From Trypethelium eluteriae (taxonomy: Eukaryota): a stretch of DNA of 32,397 nucleotides. Positions 1-10,003 of the stretch are shown piece after piece. The DNA lies in NCBI GenBank assembly GCA_051942245.1, contig JAVECL010000024.1:62001-94397 (forward strand), written 5' to 3'. How positions within the stretch are numbered: the first letter of the stretch is position 1; each line of letters opens with the position of its first letter. The position numbers were made by a program, and so were the translations under genes. The notes under the pieces are model-generated. The model was given only the letters and a program-made list of their open reading frames with translations, made no database searches and had not been told where the DNA came from.

Positions 1-112
1 TAAAAAGCTCGTTTATTGGTAAGAGGAGATGCAGATCTGAGGCTGAGGCAGGGTTCTAGACATTGAGCAAAGGTCGAGCCGTGGAAAGGTTGCTCAGCTA
101 TAACGCCCTACA

Positions 113-256
113 TGACCGTTGCCTGAAAGCCTATCTCGCAAAAACGTGGATAGAGTATTGCGTCCTAATTTTGGCACCTTAGTGACCGTTGCCCGAAAGT
201 CCACTTCCAAGAACATGAACATTATGCTTTCAGTATTCTAGTTCTAGCACCTTGGT
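113..256. repeat. Degenerate ~70-73 nt tandem duplication
   Basis: TGACCGTTGCCTGAAAG 113-129 vs TGACCGTTGCCCGAAAG 183-199; CTAATTTTGGCACCTTAGT ~165-183 vs CTAGTTCTAGCACCTTGGT ~238-256. Confidence 0.7.
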
Positions 257-647
257 AGAGAAGCTGCCTGATGGGATTTCATTCTTGCACGAGTACGGAT
301 CAGATGATAGAGTAATGAGGAATTTTAAAGGATTGAAGGAGACGTTCGGTGTGTTGCAGTGAGTCGTGCAGAATGGTCCACTTCTGACCGGAGTTTGCTA
401 ACTGCATAAGGTATCGTGAGGTAATTTTCATTCGCTGGTCCATCGAGGAATCGGTGGACCCCTGAATATTGAGCGGCCACTGCGCCCACGAACGTGTCGC
501 GTGAGAAGACATTGTTTAGTGCTGCATTCAAATGAGCATTCGCCTTTGAAGCCGACGTTCCATTGCTCTGCCGTTCGTTGCGCAAATCTGCCAAAATCAG
601 ATGTCTCCATTCGTACCCCCTCCGCTTGGCTGTACACGGTTGTTGAC

Positions 648-1976
648 ATGGAGGTCCCAAAACACTGGCTGCTTAGGTTTGGACCATGGCAGTCTTTAAT
701 ATTTGTCGGATGCCCGATCTACCTATCTGTCGTCCAAATTCTACGTTTCCAGCGGGCCAGGGAGCTGCCAAGAAGATTCAACATGACAACTCGGGAGTCC
801 TTCAAGAATATGACGGTCGAGCAGGCACAGTCCATTCTCAAAGAGTTGACTGAATTAGAGTCCCCTAAATTCATGGCCTTCTCAATCGTCTTTGCACTTT
901 TCAAGGTAGCTCGATGAGACGAGGCATAGTACAAAGTACGCCTCTTACTAATCCAACTATAGACGTACGGCATACCTACCGTGTCATCTCTATTGGTTTC
1001 TACAGGGGAACTGTCTAGTCAAGAAGCTGCTTCGAAGCGAATAGCAGATACTGGTGTACTTCTCCTTGAGTTTGCATTCAACAAGCCTTCATCTCCGCGA
1101 GCTTCCCAAGCCATAGCAAGAATGAACTTTCTCCATGCCCGATATCAGAGGGCCGGAAAGATCCTCAATTCCGACATGCTCTACACACTAGGCGTCTTTG
1201 CCCTGGAACCAGGCCGGTGGATCAATCAGTACGAATGGCGCAAACTGACAGACTTCGAAAGATGTGCAAGCGGCACTTTCTGGAAAGCCACGGGCGACGC
1301 AATGGAAATTGACATGTCAGTCTTGCCCTCCCATGCTTCGGGCTGGCGAGATGGTCTACACTGGCTCGAAGAAGTGGAAGCGTGGACTCTCGAATACGAA
1401 GAACACCACATGGTGCCAGATGAGGAGAATGCTAAGTTGGCAAATACTCACTTGGACGTGATCTTCTTCAATCTACCGAGGTCGCTGAGAGCCGTGGCAA
1501 GAAGTTACGTATCCATAATTGTTGGTGAACGACTTCGCAAGGCAATGCTATTGCCACAGCCCAGTGTCTTGCAATGCAAAGTGTTTAGGGCCGTCTTGCT
1601 TATCCGCCGTTTTTTCCTACGTCACGCCTCGCTGCCGCGCCCGGAATTTCTTCGTAAAGATTACATTGCTCACCAACCCGAAGGTGGTACTGACCGCTAT
1701 AACCTCAAAGAATATCTGTCTTTTCCATGGTATGTCAAACCGACGTTGGAAAGGCGATGGGGTCCAAGGGCTTGGCTTCTACGACTGATAGGACGCAAGC
1801 TTCCAGGTGACGACAACGACATGTATGCTCCAGAAGGCTATCTGATTGAGGAGGTAGGGCCAGCTTCGCAAAGAGGGAAAGGGGTTGACCATATGGAAAA
1901 CACAAAACTTCGGCTCCGCGGCAGAGGTGACTGCCCTTTTCTAACAGATCGAGAATCTTGGGCTGGGGTAATGTGA
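648..1976 (+). CDS. ER-bound oxygenase MpaB/MpaB'-like (rubber oxygenase/DUF2236-type) protein; exons 648-905, 963-1976
   Basis: Intron 906-962 (GTAGCT...TACTAAT...TAG) joins FALFK to TYGIPTVSSLL. Motifs KRIADT, AIARMNFLHARY, DMLYTL and PWYVKPT are typical of fungal MpaB-like proteins. Hydrophobic N-terminal segment. Confidence 0.8.
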
Positions 1977-2595
1977 TTCGACCGCATGTGTAAAAATCTC
2001 GACGTTTGATCTGGACTCAACCTTCATACAGACATACTAAAGGACTGTGCGTCTATAGGCAATTGCCGAAGGTCTACTGCGCTGAAATGTTCGCACCTCA
2101 TAGGTCTTCCTTCGATTGTGCAAGGATGCGTGTAATAGTGGGGCAGCGCGCATGTCTACCTTGCCAGAGTGCCAAAATTCTATACCACGGATGCAACAAA
2201 GGCTGGTGCCTTCCAGCACTACTTAGGGAGGACCTAGGTGGGCAATGCGAGGACCAAGGCAAAGCCTCGAATCTAATCCGGTCGAAGTAGGCTTTTGCAC
2301 TTCTGAGCTACTACTTTGGGTGCATTGCAGCGCCGTTCTTCCGCCCAGGTCTTGCACAGCCACCCCGGTCCTCCCTAGGCTGTCCCAGTGCCTCCTTGTT
2401 TTTGGACAGAGGCTGCCTATGAGCACTGTGTGTTAGGTAGGTATGTAAGGCAGTCACTCTCATCTGCTCTCCGCAGATCTAGACAGCTATACCACTACGA
2501 TACTAGGAGAAAAGTGTTTAGGCCCCCAACAATTTTCCGGCACAAGAGTGCAGACATTCTTTTCGCATGACTTTACACTGCATCACTATTTAGCC

Positions 2596-4607
2596 ATGTG
2601 TTATCAGGTTGTCGAGCGTTACTCAGTCTGTCGATGTTTATACTATAAACATGCGATTGATCGATGCACGGCATTTGGCCAAAAGAGTCATGCTGTTCCA
2701 GAAAGAACAATTTTTGTCGGTTATAACTGCGCCAATCATTCCAAGCGGAGTAGTTCTCCCCCCAGGAGAGTCAAATCTTGGGAAGGACTTCCGATTCCGT
2801 CTCTCAGTCAGACTGTCCTCCAGAGAGTTGGGCCGCATGCCGGCAGCCAGACTGTCCAAGATCTGTTGAACGACGAATTCCCTCAACGAGACAATGGATC
2901 TGATGGACCGTCTAGTCAAGAGGACAGCGCTTCTCCTTGCGACAGTACGTTCTCCTCTTGCTCAGCTTCTGTCTCTTCAGTCTCAGAGCCTCCCGAAAGG
3001 TTCATGATTGATCTCGACCACATTGTGGACGTCATACTTCAAGAAGACTGCTTAGTGGAGAACTGGCGTATTATGTCAGAGACTCAAAACGAAAAATCAG
3101 CGCGACGTGCAAGTGCCAGGTTACTGGAACGATTTTCGAATGATCTTCTTGCAGAGGCGTCGAGTTTACATGAAAGAAAGGTATCCCGATTTCTTCGGCG
3201 CAACAGGCAGCTGGTAGCGGAGAAGATACTCCATCAGGTTGAAGAAATAACGTCACCCGCATTTCCTCGTCATGAATCATCAAACCGTAGTAGAGATATC
3301 GGGGAGGAAGAGCTTGGGCCGGTTAGTTCGGAGACGGAATCGAGCGATGGAGATGGTTACGCGGCAACAGAGACAAAAGCTCAAGAAACAGAGCATTTTG
3401 TGCTGTCAAGCGAGGCGTTCAAGCTGTTCAAAGCTAATCTCACCAATCATATTGCACCGGAACCCACCACGCAGGGCTCCGTATCTTTGGTATTACAGCA
3501 CCCCAAAAAGTTGGTCAAACTGATATTAAGCGAGCCCAAAGTTGCACCTGGAATGTCGCGTGTGAGATGGACCTGTGTATGATGCCCTACGAATCTCTTC
3601 CCGCGCTTCCAATACGCTTACTCTTTGCAGCATTGTGGTCGAGAGATGTTTGACGACTATATCGAAACGCGACCGGGAGGACTTAAAACTCTTGAGAAGA
3701 TGCTCAATCGAAATCATATGCTGAGCTCGGCGAACCCTGACCTAAGCAACCCCAACTCAGGTCGGACTGCAGGCTATGGACTTTTCGAATGGGTCAAAGG
3801 ACTTATGTCCTTCCAGTACCGCTCTAAGCAGCCTGCCCTGCCGCAGCATCGAGACAATACGCCGAATCGGCAACAACCCACTCCACTAATGAGAGATACA
3901 AGAGTAGGAGATCTGGAATTTCTGTTGTTATGCGTTCCGCATCGCCGACATGGAACAAAAATGATCAACGTTGACGTCGTTGATATATCTTCTGACGTTG
4001 ACTTTTTCCTCCTTTTGCGGCGACAATACCATAGTCGCCGAGGCCGCTTTGAAAAGTTTCTTTCTTTAAGAACCCTTGTCAGTATGAGGTTTGTCGAGGT
4101 GAGCCTTCTTTATCGAAAGGCAGAAAACAAAGTTCATGCTGACTATTCCATTAGTTTGAAGCATACGTAAATAACCTGGCAGATATTCATAAGCTTGATA
4201 GTATCCCATCAGAGTCAATGCGTGACGAGTGCACATACTATCCAATGCCGGCTGAACACATCCCTCCAATAGGTCCAAACATGCTGAAGCATCTCTATGA
4301 TCATCCAGAAGAGGCCAAGGCAATAAATTTCTGCTTTCGGAAGGTCCCAAAAAAGCGAAAAGAGAAATTAGTGGCATGTCCCATCCGAGGCAGCAGAACG
4401 GGCTGGGGCATTCAGTATATCGAAGGAATACACTGGCTGAAGGCTTTGATCTGCGGACTACTAGCTATATCTCTCAGCACGGTGACCGGCATTGGTTGGT
4501 CAGTCCTACGCGATGACGTACAAGGAGGTTTTACTATTGCCAGTTTCATGCTAACTGCGCTGACCTGTCTCATGGGACTCATCCAGAGTTATTTGGAGGC
4601 GCTTTAA
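2596..4607 (+). CDS. Uncharacterised fungal protein: N-terminal Cys/His module, acidic Ser-rich linker, C-terminal two-TM domain; exons 2596-3576, 3631-4098, 4155-4607
   Basis: Introns 3577-3630 (GTATGA..CAG) and 4099-4154 (GTGAGC..GCTGAC..TAG) join three ORFs in frame (RVRWTC|HCGREMFDDY; FVE|FEAY). Two hydrophobic helices and a DVQGGF motif lie near the C-terminus. Confidence 0.75.
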
Positions 4608-5246
4608 CCTGTGGAAGCTCCCAGCTGAATTCTGAGTGGTTGTTCGCATGAGTGGCTGGAATCGAGGATTGATGTCTTCCTATTTACAGGTTCACTACTA
4701 CCGTAATGAAATAAAGCCATAGGCTAACGGATCTAGCTCTGATTTATGATGTCAACCGGCCCAAGTGATGATCGTGATGCCTCTTTCGTCTCACGAAGCT
4801 CCTTATTCATATTCCGTACCCGTGGCTAGGTCAGCATAGAGAATTTTGTCCACAGACCTAGGCTGCGCCTTGCACATACTCTTGGTCTTAGGTTGCCCGA
4901 GTCCGACCCAAGACAGAGGTGTCTGGATATGGATGCATCTATTCTCAAGCATGTCATGCTAATCGCTTCCCGCTGTCCTCCATCTTCCAGCTCATCGCTT
5001 CTGATCAGTGCTCACCGACTTAAAAATCATGCAGACTCAATCAATACTTTATTGGAGTGCAACGCCCAACTAACGCAGGCAGAAGTTATGAATACACTTT
5101 ATTCCTCCGAAAGCCGGATCATCATATACCAAGCTCAAATTCGAGCCACGCTCAGAGCTGAAGAAGCTCCCCCCAACAGAACACCGGAAGCCCCAAGAGA
5201 AATGCGAAAATGCGTGTGGGATAGTGAAAATGCTTCCTTGCCCTTA

Positions 5247-7086
5247 CTATCCGTCAGCGTCACCTCGCCCAGGACAACACTTCTGCCCATCTCCACAGTC
5301 GTCATCGCAGTCCAAGAAGCACGCATTCGCATTCTCGCAAAGACTGCCCGCTAAACTTGCTTGTTTGCTCCCCACCTTCGCCTTGCTAGTTCCGTCCAAC
5401 GTACCCTGCCCGTCATTCGAATCCGATACTTCCTCCGCACTCCCCGCTTCGTGATCATGCTCGGGGTACGGGCAGAACTCAGGCTGGATCGTGCTGTTGT
5501 GTATGTTATACCTATGCAGACATTTCTTTACAGCCTTTACGAGACGCATATACCGCTTACTCCCCTCGCCCTTGGAGTTGAACTCAATCTGCACGTGTAC
5601 CGAGGCGATGAGCGTGGTGTCACTGAGCTGCCAGACGTGTAGGTGATGACAGCTAACGATGCCGGGTATCTTTTTGATGTCGTTCTGGATGGCGTCGATG
5701 CTCACGTGCTCAGGAACGGCTTGCAGCAGAATACGGCTTGCGGCTTGGCAGAGGGGGATGGCGGAGAAAAGGATGATGACGGTAATGATAAGGGAGATAG
5801 CTGGATCGGAATAGAAGCGCCAGCTAAAGGAGCTGAGCCAGATGAAAAGGGCGGAGGCAATAACCCCGAGGTTACCGAGGGCGTCGCCCAGGACGTGGAG
5901 GAAGACACCACGCATGTTCAGGTCGCCATGGGAGTGGCCGCCGCTTGGACTTGTAGGTTTGTGTTTCGCATGCTTCTGGCCTTCGCGAAAGCCTTCGTCT
6001 GGGCGGCCAGAGCCTCCGTGGGGGGAGCCGTTGCTCTTATCTCGGCTCAGAAGGCCTTCTGCCTCGTCATTCTCGATTGTATCATCTGTAACAGCATCTT
6101 CATCAGTATTTTCATTACTAGATTCGGGAGAATCCTCCGCAAGGCGACCGGCTGAGATAATTTCTTTACGAAAAGAGGCAGGATAACCAGATGGCTCACG
6201 GAGAGAAGAATAAGCTCGGCTTCCTGAGCTCCGCCTCCGAGATCCGCTCACATTTGCCCGTGAGGATGGAGAAAGAGGAGTATTCTCGTCGGCCAACGTA
6301 TGACGGCGGTGGCCTGTTGACACATCCTTGGTGGGAGCGTTGTTGATTTTCTGAGGCGACCTTCGTGTTTGAGGCCAATTCCCTATTCTACTTTCTGGAA
6401 GAACGTCCGCCACATTTCCGCCCTCGTCTGCAACATTCTCTATTGTCTCTTGCAGTCCTTCACTTAACCCTTGCTCAGCTAATGTAAGATTCCCTTCTTC
6501 ATTGTGTGTATGACCGTGCTTCCCAGCCTCATGCTTATGACCATGTGCGTGCCCGCCAGATCCGTGGCTGTGTTCGTGGAATAGGAAAAGGCCGAGAACG
6601 TTTGAGGCAAGACCACAGCATCCAACGATCAAAACAAACATGGGATGTGAAACCTCCTGTGGCTCAATGAAGCGTTGTATGGCCTCTAGGAATATCGATA
6701 GACAAAGGGCGACAAGGAAGACTCCATTGATAAGCGCACCAAGTGTTTCTGCGCGCTGCCAGCCATACGTGTACTTCTTCGAATTTGTATTTTGGTTGGC
6801 CACTCTAACGGCCCAAAGTCCGACACACAGTGAGAGGACATCATTGAGCTAGAAGATAAGCATGGAGAAGCAAACTTTGTGTAAAGGGAACACATACCAT
6901 GTGAAACGAGTCAGCTACTAGTGCTAAAGAATGGACCGCATAGCCTAGACAACGTGGTGTATTAGTTTAACGTTTGCGATAGAAGTATCCGTGCAGCATT
7001 CACTGACCAACAATGAGCTCAAGTAAGAAGAATGCTGAATCTATTCCCAGGAGAATGCATATTCGCGTCGATTTAGAGAGACCCAT
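5247..7086 (-). CDS. ZRC1: Cation diffusion facilitator vacuolar zinc/cobalt transporter (ZRC1/COT1-like); exons 7086-7008, 6944-6898, 6848-5247
   Basis: Spliced N-terminus MGLSKSTRICILLGIDSAFFLLELIV|GYAVHSLALVADSFHM|LNDVLSL. Motifs TYGWQRAETLGA and NMRGVFLHVLGDALGN, a His-rich loop and HHLHVWQL. Confidence 0.93.
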
Positions 7087-7585
7087 TGCGCGGGTGCGGT
7101 GTTGGATGTCGCGCTACAGGTGGGTGGTACACGACCCAAACGGGTGCGAGCCTGCGCAGTTCTGGAGAGAAAGATGCGGTCAGGCTAGGCAACTGGCATT
7201 CTCGATCCCTAAAAGGTTGAAACAAAAAATGTCTTGTGGATTGGTCCTTCACAGCATGACGAGGATTAGAAATTGGCCGCTCGAAAAGTGTCTTTCTCAG
7301 CAAAGGTCCGAGACGGATCCGAAGTTCTAGCAGGCGCGATTGACGATGACGCCACACGCGCAGTTCGCGCCGCTACCCGAACTTCGTTTTTAGAGAAACG
7401 GCAGTGACGGCGCCGATCGGGAAAGCAAGGGGTGGAGCGGAGTGCTTTCCTCCGCTAAGATCGAGGGGTTACTGCTAATCTACGGAGTAGAGGTACAGAT
7501 TACACAGTTTGGGCAGCCTCGATACTATCCTTCATTTCGTCACGTACTCGGCAGAAATCATGCTGGCTATGAACATACGATCCGG

Positions 7586-8367
7586 ATGCTGCCTCAGGAA
7601 ATGGAGGAGCCAGGAATTCTCACGTCAACACCACCAGCAGCTCAAAATATCGATGCTCGTCATATGACTGAAGTTGAAGATGACACGCGAGAAGCACAAG
7701 AGCTGCAGCCAATGAACAGCAATGCAACTACTTTGACCGCCTCGGACAGGAGAACCGCGAGAAATTATGCGGAGAGCTCCTCGAGGCAATCGCGAAACAG
7801 TAACCGATCCCCCAAATTCTACGACGGGATAGAGCGATGGTGGAGAAGGCATATTGCTGCTTCCGTGCCTCATGTCTCCTGTAGAGACCATTTAGGTTGC
7901 AGAGTCTCGATCTTGCAGATATGGCCGATGCTGATGGGAAGGTTCTAGCAAATGAGCGGACCTTCCTGAGCTATCTACGCACTTCTCTCTCTTTCGCCAT
8001 GCTAGGCATCATTGTTGCACAACTGTTCCGTCTTCAGCATAGCCTTGACCCTTCAAGGACCTTCGGATACTTTGTCTTGGGCAAGCCCCTGGCTGCCATT
8101 CTGGAATGTGTGGCAATGATCACGGCACTTATCGGGGCACATCGATTTTGGAGGCAGCAAACGGCGATGCGGAGGGGTACATGCTGGGCTGGTGGATGGG
8201 AGATTGTAGCTCTTGGTGTTGGGGCAGCCGTGGTACGTCTGCTATCTGATTACGTGCCTCGTTACTCCAGACCTTTCATCCATGTAGTCGCATGCTAAAT
8301 GAGGATTCAGGTATGTGTGGGTTTGCTTGCACTGTTAGTTGGCGTAGATGTGAGCAAAGAGCTGTGA
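7586..8367 (+). CDS. DUF202 (YidH/VTC-like) membrane protein; exons 7586-7895, 7949-8232, 8311-8367 (start could be 7601)
   Basis: Intron 7896-7948 restores the signature RDHLANERTFLSYLRTS. Three hydrophobic segments. Intron 8233-8310 is GTACGT..CAG. Confidence 0.85.
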
Positions 8368-8451
8368 TCACTAGGTAGTGGCTCGTGTGGTACAGACAGA
8401 AATTCCTCTCAACTAACACATGGCATAGCACAAAGAATAAACTCCACACTT

Positions 8452-9394
8452 CTAGGGGTATAACTGCGTATGGTAGCCGGATGGCAAAGTAGTTGTCGTA
8501 CTCTCGAACCAGGCTTGGAACTTGCCCCATGTCGTCTGAGGTTTTGCCCAAAGCAGGTTTTGTTTTCTCATCTCCACCGCCAGCTGGAAAATGTAATCCA
8601 AGCTTTCACAGAGTGTCTTTGCTTTCACCACATTATCCCCCCAGACATAAATGCCATGCCTCCGCACAAGAACCGCGTATGCATCTGGGTACTTCTTGAT
8701 CGCTCCCTCCAAGGTATCTTTGAGGTCCTCCTCATGCGCCGTATTCTCGATGATAGGTATCCTCAAACGGTCATAATATCCTAGATTGCCTTGCTTGCCT
8801 TTGCCTTTTGGCACGCCTTTGATCTGTTCGATGCATTCAATTTCGAAACAAGCATCCTTCCCCAGATCTCGCTCCACGAGTAGAGTGACAAGGACTGCCC
8901 ACTGAGAATGGGTGTGAATACAGCATCCAGCACCTTGATCGTAGGCTGCGAGAAAGAGTGGTGTGCAGGCCGAGGGTTTCAGGCTCTATAAAGCAGATGT
9001 CAGCTTCCAAGCTCAATGCGGGAACTGGAGGTGTGGATTGAGGTCTGTCCTACAGGTGGTCTTCTGAGATAGTTTCGGGTGTGAAAGTCCATCACGAATA
9101 TGTCTCTAGGCTGCATCATCTCCTTCTGAACTCCAGAAGGAGCAATGAATATATGGTCACCATGGCGAATGCTCGTACCGCCTCCAGTACCGGTGACCTA
9201 TGTAGAGAAGTATCAGAGGATCGGACTCGCCCTTGCTCTGGAGATTGGACTCCTACCCAGCCCCAATTATAAAATTTCCGGCATAGCTCGCAGATTAGGT
9301 TTGCTGGGTGTTGAGCGCTGTCGGAAATTACGAGTTCGTCTTCCTTGGCGGCGACACTGCTGCTTGCGTCTTCCTCGAAGCTCTCCGCTGCCAT
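8452..9394 (-). CDS. MDE1: Methylthioribulose-1-phosphate dehydratase (methionine salvage, class II aldolase family); exons 9394-9257, 9197-9054, 8985-8452
   Basis: [37 protein letters not shown]..|[43 protein letters not shown], with canonical introns. Confidence 0.95.
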
Positions 9395-10003
9395 GGCAGA
9401 GATTATGCTGTAGTCTGGAGCAGCCTGTGTTGATTAGATATCCAAGCAGCTACTTACTAGGCGGGGAGCTCTAAAAAATTTTGGTGGGGCCAAATTCGCG
9501 GGGTCAAAAGACCCCCGTGGGGATGATGTCACGTTTGGTAGAGTTTGCCGTCCCACGGTGGTCCCATAATCCAAACACTTCAATGTGAGACGTGAGACGA
9601 TTCTCGGCTCTGGCTAGAGAACGGCAGACACTTTAGCAGTCATTTCAAGACGTCAATCGTATTCATTGTCGTTTCAAACTGCTTTCTATTATTACTGTAA
9701 AGCTAAAGAGACGAGGATAGACACTCTTTCCAGTTGAAGAAATATTCAAGTCAACAAGGTTCGAGTTCCTAGATAACTTACAATTGGAAGAGGAATCTCA
9801 TCGAGAACGGCTATGTAGCCGTGATCGGGTGAGAATCGACAATGCTAAATTGGATTAAGTATTTCCGTACTTCTTTTTCAATTTTCATCCCGTCTAGAAT
9901 ATCCCATCTGACATTCCTCAATACAGCCTCAGAGCTACCCGTGATGATATTCGCATTCTGTTTTACACGTCGTAATCCCACAATGCTACTTCAAATGCAC
10001 GAA

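Noticed and set aside
4893..5354. 153-aa + strand ORF
   Set aside because: Non-ATG start, overlaps the ZRC1 3' end antisense, and has no recognisable motif.
9500..9515. GGGGTC-AAAA-GACCCC hairpin upstream of MDE1
   Set aside because: Only a 6-bp stem, expected by chance.
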